NCBI GenBank assembly: GCA_024704765.1
Contig: JAKMXF010000077.1
Coordinates: 449,220-513,219 of the forward strand
Direction of reading: 5' to 3'
Length of the DNA: 64,000 nt
DNA from: Oopsacas minuta
Lineage: Eukaryota > Animalia > Porifera
A program made the translations under genes and the position numbers. This document shows, one piece after another, positions 40,611 to 55,379 of this stretch. The notes under the pieces are model-generated. The model had not been told where the DNA came from, searched no databases, and saw only the letters and a list, made by a program, of their open reading frames with translations. Numbering within the stretch: the first letter of the stretch is position 1; the number at the start of each line of letters is the position of its first letter.

Positions 40611-42400
40611 CAGGTACGGATCTATCGGTGGGATTCGGGGGGTGCTCACCTCCCAACTATTCATGTGCCTGTTTAGGGTGTTGGAAAATTATTTGTTAAT
40701 ACATAAATTTTTATATTCTCTAATTATATCAATTTAATCACAAATTATTCAATCATATTAACTTAATGAAAAGACAAAGTCTTGAAAATTTCTTTGTAAC
40801 TGCGACTACTATTAACAACCTCTCTCTAACTAGTCAAAGATCCTCGGAAGACTCCTCACTTGATGAAAATCCGGTTTGGCAAGGCTGTATGGATTCAAGT
40901 CAAACGGAACAAGCATAATCCATGGGAACATACAATGTAACCAACCCTAATGAAATTCCATCCTTGTATTTACAAATCCCTATGGATATAGGTACCAAGG
41001 ACACTGGTCCTACCCAGCCAATTCTCTCTTCGTACTCCAGGAAGATATTTGATAATAAATTTAAAAATCGCGAGTGTAATAGTTTCAGAATGGTTGGTAT
41101 GATATTCACCTTTGGATTAACTATAGTATTCCATAGAATCAGATATATCGGTTCACGTGCGTATATTTTAGTCCTTACAAACGAGAAACAATTTTACTAA
41201 AAACGGTTCTGATAATTGGGGAAAAGCAAATCTGAAGGACAAAGGGCTAGGTAAACATAATACATCATCGGAGCATATAACTAGAGTAATTTAGTGGCAA
41301 GAATATACAGAAAAAATATTACATAAACACATTTCGATTGCATTAAGGTTGAATCTGCATAGGTTAGATATAATGAAGAATAGTGTTATATATTTTAACA
41401 TCTTATTGGAATATAAACGTTACTTCTGTGTACAAGAAATACCTTTTAGAGGGGATGACGAGATCAACGAGAATTATAAGACACTGTTCAAAAGATAGCA
41501 TATTTGATGGACTTCTTGTTATATTATAGTACACACAATATATATGGGAAATCAAGCAATTCTAGTCACATTAGGGCATAGGGCTGAAGATTATGATAGG
41601 CAGTCAATAACTGCAACTGATTTATATCATAAATTGGGTGATGGTAGATATATCCTTACCATCGTATTGTTCATATAATGTTAGCTATTTTAAACCAGCT
41701 CTCTCTTTACCTCTAATCAACGATTATCACTTGACATTATACAATTCACCAAATATCTGCGGTTAAGAAAACAAGCGAAGATCTAAATAATCCGCATATA
41801 TTATCAGATAATAATAAAGGTCGAGATACTAGGTGAAAATGTGCCGGAGCTTTGACAATAAATAACACCATGTATCGTATCAAAAATATTAATATTTCCA
41901 AAATTTTCCCTGCTGAATTTCGTAACAGTATCACCAATTAAGTACGAAATATGGTTTCATATGCGTTAGATAAGCGATTTTCAATCTCCAGAATCAACAT
42001 ATTGAAGGAACTGGACGGGGTAAATTCTTAAACTAAGGATTATTGAATTTTAGTATTCTGAAACAATTACTTGAACATTATTCTGAGGTTTTAAATATTA
42101 ACGAAATTCTCTACAAAGTGAGATATTGAAATACCATGCCTTTACTAAAGTTAATTCTGATTTAAAAACATCAATCCGGAATTCTATCCTAATGTCATGA
42201 AATTGATTAATTCCAAATTTGTGACACTTGATGATAGATACAGTATATTTGCTAATATCATGAGTTATTTGTACTTCGAATCAACTACAATTCACAACTT
42301 ATTAGACTGTTCAAGAAAATAAGTGTAGTTATAATCCTTTTATTACATGGTTAACAGATTACCTTTGAATGTTGGTTTCTTCGAAATACTAAATGTAAAA
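40611..42400 (+). mobile_element. Second decayed ZMYM1-like hAT transposon, divergent from the previous one
   Basis: hAT-like left end caggtacggatct; MKRQSLENFF start near 40767; DIGTKDTGPTQPILSSY and NWGKANLKDKGLGKHNTSSEH (TTF-type Zn finger region); IPFRGDDE motif. Right boundary not found. Confidence 0.7.
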
Positions 42401-45400
42401 TATTTGCAAATTTGAAAATAATCGTATGGTATTAGAGCAATAGACTCAGAGAAAAATGGACAGTCAAGTAGTAACAGAGTAGATTTGAGTAATCAGGTTT
42501 TGTAGTAATATACCATATATAGTTTCTATTGCACAATTATAGAATGATGAAATGGCAGCAGAGGATAAAGGAAATGGAAGTGTGGCTCTCTATCTATGCA
42601 CACTATGAAACGAAAATATCCCTACTAGAGTTGTTGTTTAAAACAATAGCAAGCTCAAATCGTACAGTTATATACTATATATATATTATATTGTATGCAT
42701 ATTTAAAGCAAATTTAGAATTATCGTTCTCAGAAAAATAGGTATTAATCATTTGTATAAATATATATATTCCGTACATTATTTGGAAAAAGTAGCACCCG
42801 CGGTACAACTAGAGGAGAAAATATATCTCCAAACTCCTCCAAGTGTGGGGTGATTAGATCAAAATTAATGATGTATCTGGGTCATGTTAGTGAAGGTGTA
42901 TTGAGATTTTACGATTCATATCCAGAAAAAGAATAGATGTCCACAGGGGAAGGAAGGATATGAGAGGGATATTCTCTCCTTTTATTCCTCGTTTCCCAAC
43001 CCGCACAAAATAGGTTGTTTGAAATTCATTCTAATTGAATGCCTATACTTTTCGATTTATGTATAAAATTCGAAGAAAAACATCAAAAAAGGTGAGTTAT
43101 AATTGTGACGTCGGTAAATGTGCACCAAAGACTTAGAGACTTCCAAATTTTTCTAAGGATGAATAGAATCAGATACGAAATAGCAATACAATATTTGGGA
43201 CAGTTTAAACTAAGGGAAAGTAACCAACAACAATTAAACAAAACATAAACAACACAGGCGTAGGTCTGTTGTGTCGAATAGGTAAGTAGCCGAGCGCTCA
43301 CCTACTTCAAAGAGAGTAAAAAGGCTATAAAGTTTTTTAATGTATTTATAAGCTGCTTTGCACTACTTTAGCCATCAAACAAAGGCTAAAAAGATGATAC
43401 GAAAGCATTTAACGAAATTCATCATTTAGGATGTTTTGGGAGCAACGGGGATATATTTCTAAAAAACTCACTTTGTGGGAAGTCTAAGAAATATTATTTT
43501 TTAATTGAATCATCAAAGTATAACTTTTAATCGCATTGAGAAATCACGAAACGAAACGGCACAACATGCTTTAGTCAAATATCTTCAGAACTGAGAAAAA
43601 CCGTAGTATTCAATAGTAATCAAATTTATATGGTTGTAGAAAAGAAACTAAATTAATGAAGTAAAAACGAATTTCGAATTCAATAATAACTTTTCAGGTA
43701 ACTTTAATAGAAATTCTTCCCTCTTAGTTAAAATTCCTAAAATCAACAATGTAACTTGATCTATTTTGATTATCCGCAAAACAAATATTTTGATCAACAG
43801 GGACAGGGCATGTACTAATCCAGTAATTTAAAAAAACGTTATTTATACTAAAGAACAAAATAAGTTGAGCTGATCATCAATTGTTCACACCCTTAGAGAG
43901 ACAAAAAATCGAATAAACAAATATCAAGAAGTAAAAAGACAAATCATATGATTACTTATTATACACTTGAATTTAGAATGATATATTAATAAGATTTTAA
44001 GTAAAAAAGCAGCTGTCAAAATAACCCGGATTTTAACTGTATGCTGACTTCAATTCGATAATTGTATTAAGGATCAGAGATTGTGCAAATCTATCATATT
44101 TCCACCTAAAAGTCCAATGTGGAAAATTTAATATGATTAACATGTATATCATGTGTGCGTATATTTATTCTAAATATTCATCTATATGACAAATCGACCA
44201 ATAAGATTTTAAATAACTATATTTCCAAATAGTTCGATAGCATTGGGGCTAATATAGATGAATTCTAAAGTCGAGCGAATGTATATTCAAACACACTGCT
44301 CAACAGGAATGCATATAGATATCTGTTTGAATGTATTTGATTGGAGGAATTGGAAGATCCTCTGTGCTGATATTCAACATACAAGGGTATTTTTAGCATG
44401 GGGCGGACCAGTTGTATTCTTGGACGGAAATTTACATATTGGACCGAAGGGAAAGTCCAATTGTAACCTTTATGGAGTTCAAAAAATGAAATTATTTAAC
44501 ACTGCTCTGGCCAATTACAAGTTTTATGGTTGAAATTGAATCAATACCCATCAATATGCCCAATATCATCAAGTCATGATTAGGCGATCATTAGGGAGCG
44601 TATTCGCGTGTGTATTAGATATTTACTTGATTAACCTATCTGACAATGTTTGTTGACATAGTTCATACAAACACCATCAATCCTTTCTGAACATAGTTTT
44701 ACAGTCATACATAACAATATCATATAAAATAACATAAATTATCAAATTGATTTAAACACAAATGCTGATGGGGATGGACCAATTCTGATACCAGAATAAT
44801 ATATTACTGGTCTGAGTTACAATGGATCAATATTTTGGAGGTTCAGCACAAAAGTGTTGAGATATTACCCTATTAAATTCGTGCCGAAAGTGGTCTGAAC
44901 TGAACAAGTACAAATGATACCGCCACTAAGTAGGAAAAACGTAGATATTGCTAGTTTGACCGAATGAGCAGCAATAACATCTCAGTTTAGAGATGCAACG
45001 AACATGTTTGACATTCGATTTGTTGAGGTTACTATTTCATCCTTTATATGTCACAAATCCTACATGCGACACAAATGTATACATAAACCAATTTTGTTCT
45101 ATCTATGGTATATTTACCCTATAGTAACTCAGACAAGTAGAATTTGAAAAATGGCCCCGAATTTTAACAACTTAAATTGGCAATTTGTGAAATTTAACAA
45201 TAACTCATATTCCACAAGTATTTACACTAACCTATAACTTGTTAGTGTAAGTAATTGCGGAATCAGCAAAGACATCCCACATCCAACATTCAGAGGTTAC
45301 TGTGAAACCCGGCGTATATTAGGCAATGATCGAGAAATATAAGTATAGGTTTGTAAACTCACATTTATGAAACTTGCATTGATATAATCGTGAGAAAATT

Positions 45401-47297
45401 CTTCATAACCAGGGATGGGATGAATGATGACACGGCTATGATTATCTACAATAAAATAATCAGATCAGATCAGAAAGTAATATTATCTATGGTAAAAGGA
45501 AAATATATCAGCAATTTCGAAATACAATATATTCGATAACAATTATAAAACCTCAATTAGTTAGATTTGCTAACAGACTACTCAAATCAAAATAATTACG
45601 ATTATAAGGGATTAATCTATTAGAGTAAATATTTGAATATAACTGTAAATCTAACCAATGAACCAGACAGGATACTGGTTTCATCTCGGGGACCACCTTA
45701 GTTGTATCACAAAGTTTGTAAGGAAATTCAAGTACATCAAGGTATAAAGACATTACACAGGGGCAAGAAGATTAAACTAATGTAATTCTAATTGGCTAGC
45801 TTTCTAAAGGGTATCTGTACTCTAGAAACATTATAAAATTTCAAATGGTCGGGTCTTTTGTATACTTCACAGCGTTTCAGGATCATAGTGTAGATTACAA
45901 AAATGAAGCGAAAATTCAATAGATTTTAAGAAGCTCAACATACATTTGTAGAAAATTTGAGGTAATATAAAACTCTCCAAAATACTCCACTAGCTCCACT
46001 AGCAATTTCGCATATCAAATTTCACAACAAACATTGAGGCGAATTAAATCGGATATTAAATCAATGGGAAGATTCCAACGACTATACATTGGACATTGTA
46101 GAAACTCAATATAATGTCTGATTACCAGACGATCAAATAGCTGGTTGGATTCAATATATAGAACGAGACTCATTAGTAAAAAGCAACATCATTGAGGAAA
46201 TAAGACAACTTCTCGAATTGTTGTGAATTTTGTTTACTACAGAACTCAGGTTGCTTCACGTTATTCAGAATATATTAGATCTGGAAAGTTTAGTAAAGGG
46301 AAACTTCCAAATCAAGTGTTCTGAAAATGTTGATGATGATCCTGACGAGGCAGAAGGTAACACTATAGAACCTAATGGAGATACTTCCAGGAATGTTGCT
46401 CTGGGCAATTCCAAAATTTACAGAGCAAAAACAATTCGGTCAGAGTCATAATGCATGTTATTCCCCGGGAATCCTTGAATATAATTCACTTATTACATGC
46501 CATTGCTTCCCTTTACAGTGGCATTATTCAAATAAAGTAAGCATAATCGGTTTCAACTAACAGCAATCTAGAAGTCGAGAATTGGTTGAAAATAGTGAAA
46601 TATTGCATAAGAAATCAATAAATATTATCAGAGTTGCCCTAGTTGGTGACTTATATGATACATATTTACACGTATAAGGATAGATTGGCTTCATTTGAAT
46701 CAGCATTTCAACTATTGGGTGACAAAGTATTTAAAGTAAATGGACAAGTGTGAGAGGCTACTAATGAGGAGGAATCTAGAGAAATTCAGGGTAAAAGGAA
46801 GAGTAACAAGGATAGTTACATGTTTGATAAGTAAAGTGGAGAAAGTATTTGAGAAATACAGAGGATTCAATTTCGCGAAAGCTAAAATACAGCCAATCCT
46901 TCGAAGATAGATAAGAAATCCATCAAATTTCAGAGAAATTTTAAATTCGATGTCAAAAAAGCACAACCAATACCAGCTCAAATTGTTGAGAATATAACTG
47001 ACTTGGATATAGTTGTACTTGGGATAATTGACGTTATATTACCCCCCTTCAAGCATATAGCATTTTAGGACAGGATAGGTTTTGGAATATTTCAGGATTA
47101 CCGTCAATAAGTTCTCTACTATTATGTTAGATAACTGACAATAATAACTGGAGTAAGAAAAAAATCCATCTAAACGCACAAAACCATCATTAATTTTAAA
47201 TTTTCCAGGGGATGGAAATTGCATTTATCAAGTATCTAATACTTGAGTAAGGGACACATTTCCAAGAGATATCGAAGGGCAAAAGAATACATTAGTA

Positions 47298-49705
47298 CAA
47301 GGGTCTCAAACTGAATTCGATCACGTGCCAAAATTGAATTTGTAAGCAATATCACAGGGTCAAATTGTGGCTAGGTAAATCTAGATCCTGGATCAAAGCT
47401 CCTGATGAGTTAGTTAGGCGATTAATAGATCCTTTACAAATGCTTGAATAAGCTAGTATTTCATTGCATAAGTATACATAACTACACTACTACCCTAACA
47501 TATAAGGAATCGGCATTATTTTTGACTACTTTTCTGGCACCTCTTCGATCCAACAAGATCTACAATGTTGGGAGAGATGGGTAACAATGCCAGTCGCACC
47601 ACTGAATCCAAATGGTCATTGGTTAGCCACGACCAGTGCGACGTTTTAACAGCCTTCATGAGTGAGAAGGATTGTTAATTCACATAAGTCGCTCCAAGCA
47701 TACTTCTAATGTAGAATGCATGACTTTTCAGCTTTGGAAATGCTTTCTCATCCATTAATTGATAAAAAGCGATTAAGTCAACCTGTTGAAAGTGCGCTCT
47801 TCAACGGTTCATGATATTTGAGGTCAATCAGCTCCAATTGCACTGCACTATCTACACAACCCGCAACATTAATTGAGAAGGGATCCTCGAATAGGCGAAA
47901 TTCATGTTCATATTCTAGGAACACCTAGAAACGTCCTGAAAAGTGCTGGCTCAAGGTTTTAAGATTTAGTTTTAGCTTATTTCCATAAAGCTTACTTCTG
48001 GATTATCTTTAAGGAGTTTCGCCACAGAAGGGAGATGGCGAAAGTCATTATTTTCTGCCTGATTAATAAATAGAGAGAGCTTCTCCATGAAGCTTCATAC
48101 ATGGCTCCAAAGTTGCGAAATAAATTTCCCTCGGCCCTGGGGTTTGATATTTAGATCACTCAAATGACCTGTAATATCAGAGAGGCATGCAAAATCAAAC
48201 AACCAGTTTTTGTTATTCATCTGTTCAATCACATGTTCCCCATTTTTGGTTTTTAGGTTCTCATCTATTCTATAATAAAAATTCTAATTTCGGTGAACAG
48301 AACATTAAATCGCTGCAAAACATGCCCTCGACTCAACCAACGAACTTCACAATGACAGAGAATATCTCTGTATTGCGAATCCAGTTCCTTTAACTGTGCT
48401 TTAAATTGTCTAGGGTGAGTCCTTTTGCACGAATAAAGTTGATGACTTTGACAACAACATCCATCACATTCTGGTATTTGAGAGACTTTCCGCAGAGGGA
48501 CTCCTGGTGAATTATGCAAAGTAAGGAAAAACAGCGATGTCGAGGTGGGACCACCTGATCCAACAACAATTTCACAGCTCCTAACTCTTTCCCAATCATA
48601 TTAGGAACTACATCTGTTCCAATCGCAGAGAGAAGATTCTATGATGAACACGAAGTCGTGTTCCATGATTCTCTTAACAGTACCGTTGACATCTATTCCT
48701 TGAGTTCTCCCATCCATTAGGACAATCCAATGCTGTCCTCTTGGATTTCAAAAGGAGAGGAGGTACCCAAATATACACAGAAAGTTGTTCTGTGTCAGAG
48801 ACATCCGTACTGCCAGCAAATGCCAACGAGAAAGACTTGAAACTTTCGGATTTCTTCTGAAGTTGGTTTGTCAAGTCTATTCCCATTTCTGATATTCTGG
48901 ACGCCACGCTATTAGGGTTCAGATTGATTGTTGAGAATAGATTTTGTTGTTTCGGTGCAACCTCGGCGGCTGCAATTGCCAAGCAGTCTTTTACTATTTG
49001 ACCTTCCGTAAACGGCTCGAGTTCTTTTCGCAATAACCTCACATATACGATAACTAGCCCACATACATGCTTCACTTATTAGTTTTTGGGCGAGAACAAT
49101 GATTTCTGGGCTATTCTTTCTGTTATTAATCTTTCCACTGCTTCATCTCTAAACAACCCTGTGAATTCGTCATATCTCTTGCTGTGTTGCGTTTGGTAAT
49201 GACTGCGAAGATTGTACTCCTTGTTCACAGTACAATCGTAGGAACAAATAATACAAATAAGAAGACCTTTGGGACCTTACTCAAAAAAATATTTTATCGT
49301 CCAATCTTCATCAAACCCACGTTTCTCATTGTTAATCTTGCTTTTTCGCAACATATTGATAAAATCTAAAGACAAAAAATAATAACGTAGACAAACTCGG
49401 TTACTTTTTAAAACAAATATAATCTCACACAATTGGTTCATTTTTCTGAAATGAAACAAAACCATTTTAATGCATAAATGATACAAACATTCTATAATGT
49501 CATATGAAATATAAATTTTAGGCTGGATCTGAAATAAATGGAGAAACATAAAGGCAATCACGAACGAATACATGGTAGGTTTAAAAGATAATTAGTGTGA
49601 TACCAAAGTGCACATATATTGTTCCATCCATCAAGGCTTCGTGGGCCAAAAAAATTGAGCTTTCGGGCCACATCCGGCCTACGGGCCAGTAGTTTAAGAC
49701 CGCTA
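47298..49705 (-). mobile_element. Full-length but decayed Buster/Charlie-type hAT transposon (2408 bp)
   Basis: Imperfect 15-bp TIRs caagggtctcaaact and agtttaagaccgcta; perfect 8-bp TSD CATTAGTA (47290-47297, 49706-49713) fitting the Buster nnnTAnnn target. Frameshifted transposase with CIIHQESLC, VVKVINFIRA, HCEVRWLSRG and STDVSDTEQL. Confidence 0.93.
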
Positions 49706-50092
49706 CATTAGTAAGTCAAATATGAATATGGACAAAACATACGGTGGAGACATCAAGGTATTTTCTATAGCTCGTTTGTGAAATATAGACTGTTGGATAA
49801 GTACTACGAGATATAAATAGCTGAGTAGTAAGTTATTGTGGGCAAATATTTCTAGTAGGCTATAACTTCAACAATATTTAGTATTTTCCGCTGAAATTTT
49901 GACAACAGGGAATTAAAATAAAACCAAGATATTTGAAATATAAGATATCGAGAATGCATTAGCATTGGAAAATAAAACGTCATATAGAATTTTCAAAAAT
50001 ATTCAAATGTATTGTGTTTAATATAATTCATGACTATACAGGACATTCATAATATATTTTGTTTCAGTAACGAATCCTAGTAACTAGGCAAC

Positions 50093-51589
50093 GCATTAGT
50101 TATTGAAGAATTGTATCCCAAAATCTTGTATGAAGTATAATATTGTGATTCGGATATGTTGTATAGGAATGTGATAATATTATGTCAACTACAAAGAATA
50201 TATATATATATATTTAAACCTAAATTAGTGGATATCAATTATTCCACAGTCAAACAAAGCTGTAAAATTTCACTTACAATTCATGAAGTAAATAAAATAT
50301 TTCTGGATACTAATCAGGGCAATGGAAATGCTAAAGTAGATGTTAGTTTGGCAAGTAGAATAATTAGGAGAGAAAATTGTAATCGACTCATGATTTCCAA
50401 CGTTCTCAAAATATGTGAAGGACCACCATTTGAGGTGACCTCGGCTTGGATAAACAATGGACCACGATCAGTCCGAAAATATCTTGAACAACTAGTTCTT
50501 AAGCGTCAGGACAAAATTACAAGTTCTCGAATTCGCGTTTTTTGTACAACTCTAATACCTACATTCCAATTTTACCCATCGGTATCAGATCCAATTGCAG
50601 TAACAGTCAACTACATTGACCACATAGTAAATATCTTGAGACGTAGCATCACAGTCTATACAATCTATTGAAGAATCCCTAATGTAGCCACTCAAATAAT
50701 GGTTAAACATAGTGTAGATGGGTCGGAAAGTCACAGTGTGTGTAATCTTAGATCTCAAACAGCTCGTGATTGTTCATATTTTCTCTTGTTTAAGGTTGCT
50801 CCTCTTGTATTGAAAGATTGTCAAGGGGATTTTATCTAGTGTAATCATTACACAAATTCTAAATTCCTCAACCAGCCAATCACATTACTATCTCAATAGG
50901 AGAACATTGAAAGTGTCACTACTCTGATGAATTACTTGAATCTACAATTTGACGAACTCGTTTCTTCGAGAATATATGTGGACTTGCGAATACTAGTTTA
51001 GTTAAATATTACATCAACATAGTAACATCAGGGCTTAACATATCATAGTAACCAAAAGTATAGAATGGAATGTTGGTATTATTTTGGTTTCGTTGAACTT
51101 CGCTGAACAAATATTTATAGAATAGTTCTATTAGATAGTCTATCAGCGTGTATTATCCTGAATAGTGCGAGAAATTTCGAGGAACTTCTGTTCCCAACAA
51201 AATACGTTCGCATTATTCATATTATATAACCAATAATTATGCTGTATTATCACAAAGTTTAAGTAGATCAAATTAATGAAAATTCACATAAATTTGGTTT
51301 GAGCTGTGAAAGTACCATTAGAACTACACCTAGTATGAGTTTGATAGCATTCTCAAGGTTGAAATCATATTTATAGGAATTTTAGTTGGGTAAACAACAA
51401 AATTATTTCAAAGGCCCGAAAATCAACATAATTTGGTGAGACTTTGTGATAGTACAACATCAATGTAAGTTAATTCAGATAACAAGTAATTGTAGATTTG
51501 GATACACCTACATATTTCTAATCATTCTCAATATATACATTGACAAGATTGAAATATGAAAATTTCCCCTACTGGGAAGCGAATAACCC
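50093..51589 (+). repeat. Left arm of ~1.5-kb near-perfect inverted duplication
   Basis: Reverse complement of 56434-57929; the only difference I found is one C indel near 51566-51569; identical 171-aa ORFs in both arms. Confidence 0.97.
50156..51001 (+). pseudogene. Transib/RAG1-like transposase pseudogene, N-terminal catalytic half
   Basis: One frame through stops at 50669, 50837 and 50897: LIPTFQFYP...IMVKHSVDGSESHSVCNL...VAPLVLKD...FI*CNHYTNSKFLNQPITLLSQ*ENIESVTTLMNYLN. Matches Transib K.G.DGS.GHS / RAG1 VVVKESCDGMG, and RAG1 PNSELCCKPLCLMLADE. The first ~25 codons, which cross a (TA)n tract, are probably spurious. Confidence 0.7.
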
Positions 51590-52429
51590 GATGTGATATA
51601 GCAGGATGGTGTATTTTGGAGAAGATGTTAGTTTAATTTAAAAAATGAGTAGTTTTCCACCCAACTATGATGGATCATGTTTTACACAACATGTCGCAAC
51701 CTGGAATGAACAAATATTGAAGTGAAATCATATTGCAATTCATAGTTAAATAGAAATTACAAAACCCAAATAATTGATCGAATGCGTGTACATCTATAAT
51801 AATGTAAAATATAAATACAAAAACATGTATTATTCTCTTTTTATACTATAAATTAATGCAATTCCTAGTTAACCAAGTTACAAAGAATAGTAGTTTTCAA
51901 GCAAAAAATTGATAAAATGCATCTTCCCCCCTTAAAAACAAAATTACGCATAAATATTCCCTATTATTGACAATAATTCATTTTATCATAGTTTACCGAA
52001 TGAATACACTAGTGCACCTGATGGACAGAAGTAATGTACCTAATAGATATATCTATAGTGCATATAGTACAGTAAATTTGTTCAATAAGGATGTCTACTG
52101 ATTTATACATATGTCATATACTATTTGTAGTTAGCCAAATATTTCTCAGTATGATGCTCTTTCATGGTGTCTATTTCCATTGGAAATGTTCGCCTGATCA
52201 TATGCAATCCAAGGATCTCAGTTAACACCGCTTGTCTTCATCCATATTATCTTCGCACTATTTCAGTTTCACACAGAATTATACAAGATCATCTCAGTTT
52301 CAAGGATAGTATAGGAGAAAATTTAGTTTTATGATTCCAGAAAATATATTCGCTATCACTTCGATTCCACATTGATCATAGTATTGATAGCTATTTACAC
52401 TATCATATTCCAATGGGAATTCTGTATAA

Positions 52430-53500
52430 CACTAGTGAATAAGTATGTCAAATGAGTCACACTGGTCGAAGTCCTTTCTAATGTAGTTACCAATAAGCGA
52501 CACGAATATTCTGACAATCAATGTTAAAGGTATTTACATTCACATTATTGGCATCACTTAGCCGTGGCAAGAATTTGACAGAGGAACCTTCCAGACTATG
52601 TTATTAGCATTGGTGCTAACTGTGCTTTCCACCACAATCATAGTACTAGTAGCAATATTTAATAGTAGTATATCACTGCATGATTCACTGGTATGCTTTT
52701 GCATCTAAAACACAAGACTTAAAACTAGTTCTTGATGATTTTGTCACAATGGTCAATTTTATCAAGTCCAGTGCTCTGAATACGCAGCTCTCCTGCCTAT
52801 TGTTTCAATAATCAGATATCGAAAGGGAGACATCATTGCTCTATACCGAAGTTCGTTGGCCTTCACGGATGAACATCATGTCTCGAGTGCTGAATTCTTT
52901 AATCGCGACAGCAGAGAGAAGGCAAGAATATTTTTGATAAACCCATCCACCAAAAATGGGTAATGTAACACGCTTTAATAATGATATATTTTCCAGTCTC
53001 AACCTAACAAATCCCTCCAAGGACGGTTCAACACCGTGATTGATTTTGTGGACAAGATTCGGGAATTACACATGAAGTTAGAACTCAATGATGTCAAAGC
53101 ATATGTGGGAAGGTTAGTGAATTTTTTAGAGTATCTCAGGAACTCTTGAGGAAGAAGCTACACCTGATCCAGATATAGTTGAGTTTGAAAGGCTCATCTT
53201 ACTACTTTCAGTATTGAATTACGATCCTACTTACCAGATATGATCGAGAGAAATATGAAAATGATTCGAAATCAATTAAATTGTGATGTAAACTCTAGGA
53301 ACAGAGCAGTGAAATCCTTATTGATGTTTACCAGTACGTTTCTTTGTGAACAGGATTTTCAGAATTATTGAAGATCAAAATTATGCCCAGAGCGAGATTA
53401 TCTGTGTAAACTGATCTTCGTCTTGCACTCTCAAAAACGGTTCCAGGGAATCAATACCTTAGTAGCGAACATGCATGGTTCATAACTCCCACAAATAAAT
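52430..53500 (+). pseudogene. Buster/Charlie (ZBED5/FAM200-like) hAT transposase remnant
   Basis: LKLVLDDFVTMVNFIKSSALN...LLYTEVRWPSR, and C-terminal AVKSLLMFTSTFLCEQ...DLRLALSK; many stops and frameshifts; lies in the spacer of the inverted duplication. Confidence 0.8.
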
Positions 53501-55379
53501 TCTAAATTATTTGAACTAGTTAATAAGCAACATTAGTAGCAATTTTCAAAAACTTGGTAAAGGACTCAAAATCTATCTATACCACTAGAAGGAATTAATC
53601 TGTAGGGATGTGTGTATACGGAGGTATACCAACGGACCTTCGATGCTTGTTCGCTGCGTGACGGCTTATTACTCCAGTTACCTTAAATATATTTGCCAGC
53701 CGAATATTAGTTTTGATCACGGTAAAAAAATCTTAATTTCCTAAATTTCGATATTTTTGAGAATTTCACGATCTTTGAATCACAAAATGACCTGATTATT
53801 ATATATGAGCAACGTATTATCTCCAGGATTACCACAGAAGGCCAATAAATGTAATTTGAATGGACCATTGATGATAACAATAAAATTTACCCAAGATATT
53901 ATCCTGGAAGTAAGTGGGGCAGAGTATAATACCAGGTCGCGTAGCGACGTAAACCATCCACAATTTAGCAATTAAATTATTGAGCTAACCTGACGCACAA
54001 GCCAGTCGCTCAGCAACCTAGCAAACGAAGCCTACTAGGATAGTCTAAAATCAGGTTTTAAGGGTCACACACAGTACACCCCATAAGAGAGTTACGCAAA
54101 GGATATTATACAACTGATGACAATGGAACATAAATTTGAGAAGCTATACTGATGCTTCGGCAAAATATATGTTTGTGTTGAGAACAGATTTAAGTTGAAA
54201 AATTTGTGATAGTAACTCTTTTCCTATACTGATTTGAATTATATTTCTATCGACCAATACTGGTATCAATGGTCCCAAAAAGCGAAATTGGGAAAATGTT
54301 TATGTAATTTGGGTACTTATTCTAGGCTGTCATACCAACATGTATGAATCTCTAGCTTCTTTTTCATGTGGATTAGGGTTAAAAGAGTACGAGATATAAT
54401 TATCGGGTTGAGAACAGCTTGTATTCTGGCGTTCAATATTGTCGGATTCCTGATTTTCTTAATCTGGAGTTGAATGCTCTTAGATTTTCCCCTCCAAGTG
54501 TTCAATACTGTCTATGATGAGGTCTGGTGAAGCGAAAGTCTTGCATCTACTAGACTTGTATTTCTAATCTGGGGTCCACAACTTGTAGTATGGTTAATGG
54601 GATGGGGTCCACATAAATTGAGTAGATGCCCATAGCCAAAAAACTTGGAAACTGAACTAGAATGTATTGATATTGAGCTATACTTGTGGTATTATCGTCG
54701 CTGACTATATATTTATCTTTGAAATTATTCTCAATCACAATATAACTACCAGTATAAATAGTATGTCTTTATCATAAGGATATGCACAATAAATACAACA
54801 TTATCCGTGAATTAATGGAAATTATCTATTTATTATGTTAAATAATCACTTGAACACTATCTTTATCTCAAAACGGCTTACGCATACAATTATTCGTTTC
54901 ATCGGTTGACCCATCCCTGGCAAAAAAACGCATGTTCTTGTTAGGCCTTATGTAGAGTAGGCTATGTCAATCCTATAAATCAGGATAGGGCAAATCGACC
55001 CTCTCCTAGTCTGGGTGCTATCAAGGAGTGATAAATCACGCTAAGCTGCCAGTCCTAAAAGATAATAATATCAAAACATAGACTAGGTATGTTCGGGATA
55101 TAAAAATCGGAAATAATATTTACAACCTTAGGGGCAACAAAATCATGAAATTTAGGGCTGGTCTCATGGGCTAATACTTATAGTTTCTAACTGCTGAATT
55201 GTATGAAGATAATAAGGACCTCTCAGCACTGATTTGCAGATTTATGATACCAAGTTAGCATAAGGTGAATTTCTACTTTGTAGTTCTTAGTTTCAGCATT
55301 GTCAGTGGCACATTGATTTGGTATTGTTTATTTGAAGTATGCAAATGCCTAGGACCCGTATCCCTAGTGCATTCTGTGG

